DNA of 64,000 nt, taken from an uncultured delta proteobacterium (lineage in GTDB: Bacteria > Desulfobacterota > Desulfobacteria > Desulfobacterales > SG8-13). The stretch spans positions 124,001-188,000 of the forward strand of contig CAWKCK010000003.1 in the NCBI GenBank assembly GCA_963848135.1, written 5' to 3'. This document shows, in pieces, positions 52,558-61,959 of the stretch. The position numbers and the translations under genes are program-made. The notes under the pieces were generated by a model that was not told the DNA's origin, made no database searches, and worked only from the letters and a program-made list of their open reading frames with translations. Every line of letters begins with the position of its first letter. The first letter of the stretch is position 1.

Positions 52558-52944
52558 TCACGAAACTTTATTTGGAATGACGTGAATATATTTGCAGAAA
52601 TGCTCTGCAAGGATAACGAATTGCACCATGAAGATACCGGTGATCGTCGTCGCCAGATGAAACTGCTCAAATTTGACAGCGACAACCAGTGGAATCGCCA
52701 GAATGAGGTAGCGGATAAACATAGAGGACATAGAAAGCACAAATGTTTTTCTGCTCGACCGGCCGAACTTGAGCGGCAGCGTCTCACCCATAAGGACGAA
52801 ATTGATCACGCTGAACAGCGTCCCCAGAACGAGTCCTTTTCCTAAGGCTGTTTGTCCGGTGAAGATAATAACGAGGGCAATAATTACAGCCGTCGCCATG
52901 GCTCGGGAACCGTATTTTTTCTGTGTCGCCCTAATCGATTCCAT
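52558..52944 (-). CDS. atpI: ATP synthase protein I
   Basis: Four TM segments, GTLFSVINF, IRY motif; immediately before atpB. Confidence 0.85.
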   Translation of the reverse strand: MESIRATQKKYGSRAMATAVIIALVIIFTGQTALGKGLVLGTLFSVINFVLMGETLPLKFGRSSRKTFVLSMSSMFIRYLILAIPLVVAVKFEQFHLATTITGIFMVQFVILAEHFCKYIHVIPNKVS

Positions 52945-53206
52945 TATCCCGCCCTTTTTCCTCCTTTTCCTTGACGTCCTTGTCTCGAACGATCTCCATG
53001 ATTTGCCGGTAGGCCACATTCCCACCGCCAATGATACCCAGGATGGTAAAGACAGCGATGAAGATCCCCCTGGTGCCTAACCACTGATCAAGTTTGTAGC
53101 CGATAAAAAAACAGAAGGCGATACAACCGACCATTGTCAATCCGAGTTGCATGACAATCGTCAGGTGTTCGGCCCATGAACGGTTTTTTTTGTAATTAAT
53201 GACCAT
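52931..53206 (-). CDS. atpZ: AtpZ/AtpI (gene 1) family protein
   Basis: GYKLDQWLGT...LGIIGG motif, first gene of the operon. Confidence 0.85.
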   Translation of the reverse strand: MVINYKKNRSWAEHLTIVMQLGLTMVGCIAFCFFIGYKLDQWLGTRGIFIAVFTILGIIGGGNVAYRQIMEIVRDKDVKEKEEKGRDNGID

Positions 53207-53506
53207 TAAATCGCTCCGGCGGCGGAGCGGACCTTACCGCGGATTTACCGAAGCAAAGTTGATAACACACAAGAAAAAAAATGCAACCGTTAATTATGTT
53301 TATATTGCTAATTAAATAACAAATATTGTTCAGTTTTTATATTCAGTTCAAATTTCACGAAAACTAAATGACGCCCAAGGATCTCACGCTGCATGGATAG
53401 GTACCATCAGATGAGATCAAAAGAGTGTTGAAATTTCACTGCGTAGCCGCTACGATATTGAGTAGAATTTTCGGGTAAACCAATTTTCTTCACAGGAGAT
53501 GTAAAA

Positions 53507-54118
53507 ATGGCAGTCATAACGATCTCCAGGCAGTTCGGGGCCGGTGGATTAACTCTGGGCAAAAGAATCGCCAAACGACTCGACTATTCATTTTTCGACA
53601 GCGAGATCATCCAGATGGTCGCTCAGCAGGCGAAAGTATCAACCCGTTGGGTGGAATCCATGGAAAAGGAAGCCGGAGGGAAACTGGAACGTCTAATTTC
53701 AGGCCTGGTTTCGAAAAGTTTCATTGATCGCTTACTGGACGACCGCCGGGGCTATATTGATGAAGAAATTTATGTCGACCTGCTTGGCAAGATCATCAAA
53801 AAGATTGCCGAAGATGGCAACGCAGTCATTCTCGGCCGGGGTAGTCAGTATATCCTCAAAGATTATGATCGTGTTTTTCACACCCTTCTGGTTGCCGACA
53901 AGGAATACCGCATAAAGTTCATAGAGGAAAAATACGATCTGTTCACCAAACACGCAATCCAGACCGTCAACAATGAAGACAAACGCAGGATTAACCTATA
54001 CCGCAAATTCGGAAAGGGGGACTACGACAACTGGTCCCACTATCATCTGGTTCTCAACATGAGCCGCGTCGACTTGGACATGGCGGAGAATCTCGCTTGC
54101 CGGCTGGTACAACAGTGA
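53507..54118 (+). CDS. Cytidylate kinase-like family protein
   Basis: VITISRQFGAGG, VILGRGSQYIL, YHLVLN. Confidence 0.85.
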   Translation: MAVITISRQFGAGGLTLGKRIAKRLDYSFFDSEIIQMVAQQAKVSTRWVESMEKEAGGKLERLISGLVSKSFIDRLLDDRRGYIDEEIYVDLLGKIIKKIAEDGNAVILGRGSQYILKDYDRVFHTLLVADKEYRIKFIEEKYDLFTKHAIQTVNNEDKRRINLYRKFGKGDYDNWSHYHLVLNMSRVDLDMAENLACRLVQQ

Positions 54119-54266
54119 TCGACCGCACCGACAAACCGATAATATATTCAAATGATTGCTGTGATTACCTTCCTTTCCCCGTGGCGGATAGCTGCCGGGG
54201 AATTCTTTCCGACTATGAGTCCTTTATGTACTCCCGATAAGTGTCCATCCGTATCGCTTTCGGACC

Positions 54267-54877
54267 TCAGGAATTGACCGTGTCCAAAACGAGTTTAACC
54301 GCCTTTTGCATGTCCAGTTTTCCCATATTCAAAACCAGGTGGTAAAGGGCGGGGTTGTCATAATCGGTCTTGCCTATTTTTTTGTAAAGGTTGGTCCTTC
54401 GTTTTTCTTCCCGATTGACGACCTGAACCGCGCGGCTTTCCGATAAATCGTATTGCTCCATCATAAATTTTACACGGTTTTCGAATTCATTGATCAACAG
54501 GATATGGCATGCATCGGGGTGGTCATGCAGAATGTACTGGCTGCCCCGACCGAGAATGACTGCGTTTCCTTCTTCAGCAATTTGCGCGATAATGACCACC
54601 AGATAGTCCAGATAGAGTCTTTCATCGATATAACCGCGCTCATCTTTGAGTATCCGATCCACCAATCGCTTTGAAACCATGCTGGTTATGGCCCTGGAAA
54701 TCTTGCCGCCGGCTTCCCTTTCAACCGATTCGACCCAGTGGGGGAAACATTGGCCGCTTCAGCAACCATCTGAATAATGTCATCATCGGCAAAAGTGTAA
54801 CCCAGTTTATCGGCAACCATTTTCCCGAGAGTTTTTCCTCCTGCGCCAAACTGTCTTGATATGGTGATTACCGCCAT
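54267..54877 (-). CDS. Cytidylate kinase-like family protein, paralog (frameshift in a C-run near 54742)
   Basis: Adding one C gives NVSPHWVESVEREAGGKISRAITSMVSK, collinear with the 53507 paralog. Confidence 0.85.
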
Positions 54878-55038
54878 CTAATCCTCCTGTTGTCAATCCG
54901 CTGCAGCGATTTGCCGTTCCTATCGGTATTTTTCAAGGTAACCATCCGCCTCATTCCGCCGCTGTTGGATTCTGCCGCTTATTGGGCTCGCTTATCATGG
55001 TCTCAAGCGAAAGGGGTCTTCATCTCCTGGTGTCCGTG

Positions 55039-55920
55039 TCACTTCTTTTTCTCCGGAGGGATAAGCAGGGTCGGGTAAGCCGACTTTTCAGCGATGTGGC
55101 GTGGTGTACTGCCGAGCCAGCGTTCCACCCAGCCCGTCTTCCCGGATGAACCCATTACAATGATCGTTGCCTGGCATTCCCTGGCGGCCTTTTCGATCTC
55201 GTGCTTCGGGTCCCCAATGTACACATGGGCGCGTGTTTCGATACCTTCGGATTCGAAAACATCGCAGATCGCATCCAGCTTGCGGCGTTTCGCCTTGCGC
55301 GTTTTCTGGATATCCATGGCGGAAGAGCCGGTGATTTCCTTCTCGCTGGCAACGTGAATCACATTAATTTCTTTTATGATCTTGGACAGCCCTTTGAGAT
55401 AATCAACCGCTTTCAAGCTGGCCGGTGACCAGTCTATCGCCAGCAGAGGTCTTTCAAACGGTTTGTCGAGGGCAAACGAATACTCAGACATATATTTGTA
55501 CACCAGGACTGGTGTGGCCGTGCGATGGAGTAACTCAGTGACATCCGAGCCTGCATACAACTGTTCGAGAACGCCCTTCTGGGAGCGACCAATAACGATC
55601 AGATCGGATTCTTCCTTTTGGGCCGCCTTGATCACCTCGGCAACCAATTTTCCCACAACAATGTAAACGCCGACCTCCAGACCCTGTTCGAACAAATTCT
55701 CCGCCCACTGGATGAAACGGATATTCGCCGTTTCCCGCAACCGGATCTCTTCTTCCTTGTTGTATCCGGTACCGCGGCGCATCGCCACCCGATCTCTCTC
55801 GATGACGTTGACGAACACCACGTGTTCAAGACCCGCCTGCCGCAAACCCAGCAAGGATTTCAGTGCATCGAATCCCAGTTCCTCGAATTTCGTAACAAAC
55901 AGCAGTTTTTTCGTGTTCAT
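55039..55920 (-). CDS. Universal stress protein (tandem USP domains)
   Basis: DLIVIGR...AGSDV; IIVMGSSGK...LGSTP...PTLLIP. Confidence 0.9.
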   Translation of the reverse strand: MNTKKLLFVTKFEELGFDALKSLLGLRQAGLEHVVFVNVIERDRVAMRRGTGYNKEEEIRLRETANIRFIQWAENLFEQGLEVGVYIVVGKLVAEVIKAAQKEESDLIVIGRSQKGVLEQLYAGSDVTELLHRTATPVLVYKYMSEYSFALDKPFERPLLAIDWSPASLKAVDYLKGLSKIIKEINVIHVASEKEITGSSAMDIQKTRKAKRRKLDAICDVFESEGIETRAHVYIGDPKHEIEKAARECQATIIVMGSSGKTGWVERWLGSTPRHIAEKSAYPTLLIPPEKKK

Positions 55921-55969
55921 GATCAGTGCCGTTCTCTACGGTTAGATTTCGAATAGGCAAACCTGCATA

Positions 55970-56362
55970 TCAACCCAGAACCTTTTGGATCATTGCCGCC
56001 AGTTCTTCCGCTTCAACCGGCTTTTCCAGATAGGCTTCGGGCTCCGGAACCTCTTTGTCTCCGAATTCGGCCAACACCTTCTGGGAGCGCAGGAACGACT
56101 TTTCGGCGATGCCCGAAAGCATGATCACGGGAATATGCTTTAGGGCCTTGTCCGTTTTAAGTTCGCGGTACAGCCGTATGCCGCTTTCGCGAGGCATGAG
56201 GACATCGAGGATGACAAGATCCGGTTTCTCTTGTCGCGCAAGGTTTTTACCCTCTTCGCCGTTAGTGGCCACAAGAGGTGTATATCCGTGCTCTTCAAGG
56301 ACCGTTACGTTGAACAGACGTACATCCGGGTCATCATCGACGACCAGAACTTTTTTCCCCAT
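55970..56362 (-). CDS. Single-domain response regulator
   Basis: LVVDDD, ILDVLMP, MLSG, LEKP. Confidence 0.93.
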   Translation of the reverse strand: MGKKVLVVDDDPDVRLFNVTVLEEHGYTPLVATNGEEGKNLARQEKPDLVILDVLMPRESGIRLYRELKTDKALKHIPVIMLSGIAEKSFLRSQKVLAEFGDKEVPEPEAYLEKPVEAEELAAMIQKVLG

Positions 56363-56460
56363 GATAAAACCTCCTTGTCCATATAGATTTCAATCGGTTG
56401 CAGATTCGATCGACCCAGCCCAAAAGATGCGGCAACCAATTCGTGAAATCAGCCTCGTCG

Positions 56461-57981
56461 CTATTTCTGCTCAGGTGCCCTCAAGGGCAGACGGATGGTG
56501 AAGGTCGTCCCGATTGCCGGCTTGGATGCCACCGTTATTTGTCCCCCTTGCTCTTCGACAAGTTTGCGGGTGACCATCAGTCCGAGTCCTGTTCCCCGGT
56601 GACCCTTCGTACTGAAAAAAGAGGTAAACAGTTTTTCTTTAACCTCTTCACTCATTCCGGCACCGTTGTCGGCCACATCGAATCTGAGAATATTATCATT
56701 TTCGCGAATGGTCTTAAGGACGACCTGCCAGCTCTTATCGGTTTCCTTATCGAACAGACAGGCGTCAATGGCGTTTGTCATCAGGTTCAGCAAGGCACTG
56801 TGAAGGGTTCGCGGATCCGCCGAAACCTTACCGATCGATGGGCCAAAATCCTTGATAATTTCAACCTGGTTCTCTCGGGCTCTCTGGGCCATTAGATCAC
56901 AAACGTCATTGGCGATATCATTGGGGAAACAATCTTCAAACTCGGGCTCTCTCTCCTTGGAATAGGTCAGCAGGTCCAAAACCATTCCCGATGTCCGCCC
57001 AATGTTTCTTTTGATCATATCCCATCCGCTTTTGAGCTTTTCAGTATCGTCCTTTTTGATTCCCAAGTCAACCAAGTAGCTGCCGCCCTTGAGGCCGTGC
57101 AATATGTTCTTCAACCCGTGGGACAGACCGGCCACCGTCTGGCCGACGGCGGCCAGACGCTCTGACCTTAGCAATTCACGCTCCAAGCGCTTTATTTCCC
57201 TCAGATCCTGAAAAAAAGCAACGCTGCCCATCTTCTGCCCTTTTTCGTGCAGTATCGAGCCAGAAAACCTTACAGGAATACCCTCGCCATTTCGGTCCAG
57301 AATCGTGGTTTCATGCCTGGGGATTTCCTTTGGGCCGTTGTCTGCGTCCATGGCCGCCATGAATCGTTGGGTTATTTCCAAAGTGAAGATATCCTGCAAC
57401 CGCATCTGTTCGATGACATCCTCGGCAGGGTAGCCGAAAATCCGTTCAGCTCCGGGATTGTAGATAACCACCGACAGATCCTTGTCAGTTGCAACAATAC
57501 CGTCATTGGAACTTATAATCAGCTTGCTCTGAAAGTTCGACTTTCTCCGAATCTCGCGCGTCGCTTCAGCCACTTTGTGTTCGAGCCCGACAGTATACTC
57601 CTTGAGTTGCTGCTTGATATCAATCTTTTCTCTGGCCCTTCTCAAGGCGATGGAAAGGGCTTCATCGCGAACTGGCTTGTTGATAAAGTCTGACGCGCCG
57701 TAGTGGAGTGCTTCGATCGCCGAGTCGATATCGCCATGTCCGGTGATGATAATAACTTCCGTTTCCTCATCGATGTTTTTTACTTCTCTGAGGACTTCGA
57801 TGCCGTTCATACCGGGCATCTTGATGTCGGTGATGACGATGTCAGGTTTCTCGTTGCGGAATATTGCCAGAGCGTCCTCGCCACTGGGAGCCGTCTGCAC
57901 ATCGTAGCCATCGGCTTTCAAAGAAATGCTCAGCACTCGCAGGATATCCGGTTCGTCATCGACGAGCAGTAACTTGTTCAT
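56461..57981 (-). CDS. Hybrid histidine kinase (REC-PAS-HisKA-HATPase)
   Basis: LLVDDE/ITDIKMP receiver; AGLSHGLKN H-box; NLMTNAIDA, DNGAGM, GTGLGL. Confidence 0.93.
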   Translation of the reverse strand: MNKLLLVDDEPDILRVLSISLKADGYDVQTAPSGEDALAIFRNEKPDIVITDIKMPGMNGIEVLREVKNIDEETEVIIITGHGDIDSAIEALHYGASDFINKPVRDEALSIALRRAREKIDIKQQLKEYTVGLEHKVAEATREIRRKSNFQSKLIISSNDGIVATDKDLSVVIYNPGAERIFGYPAEDVIEQMRLQDIFTLEITQRFMAAMDADNGPKEIPRHETTILDRNGEGIPVRFSGSILHEKGQKMGSVAFFQDLREIKRLERELLRSERLAAVGQTVAGLSHGLKNILHGLKGGSYLVDLGIKKDDTEKLKSGWDMIKRNIGRTSGMVLDLLTYSKEREPEFEDCFPNDIANDVCDLMAQRARENQVEIIKDFGPSIGKVSADPRTLHSALLNLMTNAIDACLFDKETDKSWQVVLKTIRENDNILRFDVADNGAGMSEEVKEKLFTSFFSTKGHRGTGLGLMVTRKLVEEQGGQITVASKPAIGTTFTIRLPLRAPEQK

Positions 57982-60977
57982 TGGATCAACGTTTCACGCA
58001 GATAAGGGAATTTAAGTTTAAAGACGGTACCCTCTCCGACCTTGCTTTCGATATCGATCGTTCCATCATAGTCCTTAACGATACCATAACTGATACTGAC
58101 ACCCAGTCCGGTTCCTTTGCCCACGTCCTTTGTGGTAAAAAAAGGTTCGAATATTTTCCTCATAACCTCATCGGACATGCCGCTGCCGGTGTCCGCAACG
58201 ATGACAGACACATATCCGTCTTGCTCGAAAGATTTAATCGTCAGTTTTTTCTCGGCCTGCCGACATTCCGGCTCGCTGCACCTGTCATCCATGGCATCAA
58301 CGGCATTGGTCACAAGATTGATAAACACCTGTTCGAGTCGGTTGTGATCCGCCAGAATAGACGGTATTTTCTGATCGAGGTCGAGATCGACCTCGATCTG
58401 GTGAACCCGCAATTGGTGACCGAGCACTTTGAAAACATCACGAATGGGGTCATTTATATTTACCTTTTCCTTAACGACATTCGACTGCCGCGCAAATCCC
58501 CGCATGTGCTGGATGATGGCGGCCGCCCGCTGGACATTGTTGCTGATGTCGTTCGCCATGGACGTAAGGTCCTGATCGCTGATGGCCTGCCCCCGAGCAA
58601 TCATCTTGTTGAAAAAGTCGGCGCAGACCTGAATGACATTCAGTGGCTGGTTGATTTCATGGGCGATGCCCGCTGCCATCTGGCCCAGGGTTGTCATCTT
58701 GCTGGCCTGAATCAGCTGGGTTTCTTTTTCCACGCTTTCTGTAATGTCAGTGGTGGAAGCGATGACAACGTTGCTTTCACCATATTTGGCGGAACCGATA
58801 TTCACGTTGACGTAGAACGGTCGGAGCCCCTTGCGATAATGTAGTTTTTTGGTAAAGAGCATCGAATGGTCTTCCGCCAGGCTGCTCAGGCCTTCAGCGA
58901 GTTCTTCATCGGTCTCTTCACCCAACTCCAGAAACGGAATCCCCAGCAATTCTTTGCGTGAATATCCGTAAGTGTCCTGGGCGCGCTTGTTTGTATCGAG
59001 AATTTTGTGGGTTATGCTGTCGAGGATGAAGATCGGATGGGGGTCGCTGTTAAAAAGTGTGCGGTACTTCTCTTCAGATTTGACGACCTGTTCCTGCAGC
59101 ATCGCATTTTCGATGGCGACACCGATCCTGTTGCCGATAAGTTCGAGTACATCTTTTTGATCTTGCGAGAACCGTTTCGGTTTCTGGCTGCCGATCCGAA
59201 TCACGCCAAAGGTTCTTTTTTCCTTCGAGCTGATGGGAATATATACCATTGATGCCAGTTTGTTTTCATCTAGAAATCGGATCTCCTCCGAACGTCCATC
59301 CGGCAAATCTTCATACAAGGTGAAGGCACCGCTCTGGGCCACCTGGTGAACGATACTGCTTTCATCGACCACAGGAATATTACGACAGGCCTCCTCGGAT
59401 AACCCAGAGCTATAGCGCATATGATATTTACCGTCTTTTTCCAGCAGGTAGATGCATAGTCCATCAGCTGATAGAAATTCAAGGACGGTCTGGATCGCCA
59501 GGTGAATGCCTTCTGCCAGTGTTTCCGCTGTGTTCAGAGAGGAGTAAATCGAGCACAGTGCACTCAATTCGCGGGTGTGCAGCTCGCGTTCCTGTTCGGC
59601 ATTTTTATCTTCGGTTTTGTCCCATAGAGTTTCAACGGCACCGACAATTCTTCCATTCGGCGCCTTGATCGGCGCTGCAGTGAACCAGAGCCAGGTGCCT
59701 TTTTCTCCGAAACGCGGAAAGAAGTCTTCGGCCTCGTAGGCCCCTTCGATGAGACCTGATTTGCGCCACTTGGTGCCGTAGAGTTTCTTGATTTCCGCTT
59801 CACTGACCTGGTCCAATATGACGTCGGCCATGGTGGCGCGTTCGTTTTGGTAAAACGCTTTCCATTGCCGGCGGGTTCCGACAAATTCATCCGCGCTGTA
59901 GCCGGTGAGCTTTTCCAGGGCGGTGTTCCAATGCGTGACTCGGTGGTTTTCGTTGATGACAAAAGTCGGTATCGTGCTGCCCTGAATGATCTGGGTCATG
60001 GTCTTTTCGCTCTCAGCCAGTGCCCTTGCCGTTTCGGTCAGCAACCGGGTTTGTCGATCCCGATCCTGTTCGGCCCTCTTGTCCTCGGTTTTGTCCCAGA
60101 GCGTTTCGATGGCGCCGATCAGGGTGCCGTCGGGCGACCGAATCGGTGCGGCCGTAAACCAGATCCATTTACCGTCATCGCCGAGGTTGGCGAAAAACAC
60201 CTCGGCCTCATAAGCGCCTTCGATCAGAAATGATTTTCGCCACTTGGTGCCGTATAGCTTCTTTATTTCCGCTTCGCCGACCTGATCCAGGATGACATCT
60301 GCCATTGACGGCCGGGCGGTGTCCCAGAAAGGCTTCCATTGTTTGTCTGTGCCGACGATTTCTGCGGCCGGGACCGCGGTCAGCCGTTCCAAGGCCCTGT
60401 TCCAGTGGGTCACGATGTGATCCCGGTTGATGACAAAAGTTGGAATGGTACTGCCTTGAATGATTTGGCCCAGGCTTTCGATATGTCCTCTCTCGATCTC
60501 CTGGTAGCGCATATTGCGTTTATGAATCACGTCTGCCAGACGGTCGGCGTATTTCTCAAAATACGTCACAATCTCCGGTGTCGCGTTCTCTTTTTGCTGC
60601 AACTCATCCAGGGCCCTGTACTTTTCCCCGGTCAGTTGCAACGCACTCCAAACGGTTCTAATTTCGATATGATCGATGAAATCAACCCCTGCCGGCTTGG
60701 TTTTTCTGATGACATCCCAGAGCGTCGCATCACCGGTCAACTCGATTAGAGCCTGGAGGCCCTCGAGAGAATAAAGGTCCCTATAATTCTGGGTGGTCAA
60801 AATTCCCAACGAATCGGCATATCGCAATCCTTCGGCCTGAGGGTTGATGTCGGCGACGCCCAAAACCGCTGAACGATGGCCCGCGTAGCTCTTGTCGAAC
60901 AGATATTCGAGGAATATTTTGCAGAAGCGACCACCACCGATGATGGCGATATTAGAATCCAGAAAATTTATGGCCAT
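57978..60977 (-). CDS. Cytoplasmic multi-sensor histidine kinase (Rossmann-like-PAS-PAS-GAF-PAS-HK)
   Basis: GIAHEINQPL H-box, NLVTNA, FEPFFTTK, GTGLG; duplicated PAS; no TM segment. Confidence 0.93.
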   Translation of the reverse strand: MAINFLDSNIAIIGGGRFCKIFLEYLFDKSYAGHRSAVLGVADINPQAEGLRYADSLGILTTQNYRDLYSLEGLQALIELTGDATLWDVIRKTKPAGVDFIDHIEIRTVWSALQLTGEKYRALDELQQKENATPEIVTYFEKYADRLADVIHKRNMRYQEIERGHIESLGQIIQGSTIPTFVINRDHIVTHWNRALERLTAVPAAEIVGTDKQWKPFWDTARPSMADVILDQVGEAEIKKLYGTKWRKSFLIEGAYEAEVFFANLGDDGKWIWFTAAPIRSPDGTLIGAIETLWDKTEDKRAEQDRDRQTRLLTETARALAESEKTMTQIIQGSTIPTFVINENHRVTHWNTALEKLTGYSADEFVGTRRQWKAFYQNERATMADVILDQVSEAEIKKLYGTKWRKSGLIEGAYEAEDFFPRFGEKGTWLWFTAAPIKAPNGRIVGAVETLWDKTEDKNAEQERELHTRELSALCSIYSSLNTAETLAEGIHLAIQTVLEFLSADGLCIYLLEKDGKYHMRYSSGLSEEACRNIPVVDESSIVHQVAQSGAFTLYEDLPDGRSEEIRFLDENKLASMVYIPISSKEKRTFGVIRIGSQKPKRFSQDQKDVLELIGNRIGVAIENAMLQEQVVKSEEKYRTLFNSDPHPIFILDSITHKILDTNKRAQDTYGYSRKELLGIPFLELGEETDEELAEGLSSLAEDHSMLFTKKLHYRKGLRPFYVNVNIGSAKYGESNVVIASTTDITESVEKETQLIQASKMTTLGQMAAGIAHEINQPLNVIQVCADFFNKMIARGQAISDQDLTSMANDISNNVQRAAAIIQHMRGFARQSNVVKEKVNINDPIRDVFKVLGHQLRVHQIEVDLDLDQKIPSILADHNRLEQVFINLVTNAVDAMDDRCSEPECRQAEKKLTIKSFEQDGYVSVIVADTGSGMSDEVMRKIFEPFFTTKDVGKGTGLGVSISYGIVKDYDGTIDIESKVGEGTVFKLKFPYLRETLIQ
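59589..60467 (-). repeat. Intragenic tandem duplication of a PAS module (offset 474 nt)
   Basis: QIIQGSTIPTFVIN, MADVILDQVxEAEIKKLYGTKWRKS, LIEGAYEAE and ETLWDKTEDK each occur twice. Confidence 0.9.
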
Positions 60978-61053
60978 GATGACTTAAACTCATAAGAAAT
61001 AGGGTCATTATGCTTAAGGCTCTTTCCACGGGTCTTTGTGGCGAGCGTTTTCT

Positions 61054-61941
61054 TCAGGGCACGAGGAGTACCGGAAGTTCGGAAAGCTCCGCTACTCTGT
61101 GTGAAACGCCTCCCAGCCAGTATTCCTGGAACCAGTCCTTACCGGTTCGCCCCATGACGATGAGAGTGGCTTTGTGTTCCCGAGATTGCCGAATAATTTC
61201 GGACACCGTTTTACCAATGGAAAGGCAAATCTCGACGGTCACTCCCGCCTCATTCAGTCTCCGGCTATAGGTTGCCAGCCGTTTTTTGCTCTCTTCTTCC
61301 AATTCCTTAAGCGCCGCTATCTCCATACCTTTGGACAACTTATCGTCGATGTTATGAAGCACGATGGTTTTCTGCGCCAGTCCTTTGAAAGCTTTGAGCA
61401 GCTCCAGGGCATGCTCCGACGGCTCCGACCAATCGGTCGCCAGGAGAGGCGTTTCGAATATGTGGTCGTTGACCCGCGTCAGCACCTCTCCCGCCCATTC
61501 ATACTGTACCATGTATTTGCCCATCAATACCGGCAGGGGGCTGCGCCGCAAGATATCGAGAACGTGGGACCCCACATAGATTTTTTCAATCGCCGTTCGT
61601 TTTTTGCGTCCGGTGACGATCAGGTCAACTTTTTCCTCACCGGCAATCGACAAAATTTTGCTGTTAACCGCTCCGGTCTCGATCCTGATCGTACTGCGAA
61701 CCCCTTTGTCAGCAATGTTCTCCTGCCACTGCTCGAGGCGCAGCCGCGCGACTTCCTCCAATCGCTTCGCTTCATCCTTGAGATAGCCGCCATAAGGAAC
61801 GAAAGCGACATCATCTCTGGGAATGATGCTGGTCAAAACGATTTCTTTCAAACCGGCTTTCTTCAATTCAAGAACGGCCTCGAGAGCGTTAAAGGCCAGA
61901 TCTCGGAACCGCGTATGGAAAAGCACTTTTTCGATTTTCAT
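61054..61941 (-). CDS. Universal stress protein (tandem USP domains)
   Basis: DLIVTGR...VGSHV; LIVMGRTGK...LGGVSHRV...PVLLVP. Confidence 0.9.
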   Translation of the reverse strand: MKIEKVLFHTRFRDLAFNALEAVLELKKAGLKEIVLTSIIPRDDVAFVPYGGYLKDEAKRLEEVARLRLEQWQENIADKGVRSTIRIETGAVNSKILSIAGEEKVDLIVTGRKKRTAIEKIYVGSHVLDILRRSPLPVLMGKYMVQYEWAGEVLTRVNDHIFETPLLATDWSEPSEHALELLKAFKGLAQKTIVLHNIDDKLSKGMEIAALKELEEESKKRLATYSRRLNEAGVTVEICLSIGKTVSEIIRQSREHKATLIVMGRTGKDWFQEYWLGGVSHRVAELSELPVLLVP

Positions 61942-61959
61942 GGCTTCCGCTCCTGTGCC

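Noticed and set aside
53250..53445. Possible Rex operator upstream of the F0 operon (TTTCACGA/TTTCAC)
   Set aside because: Only half-sites; no convincing palindrome
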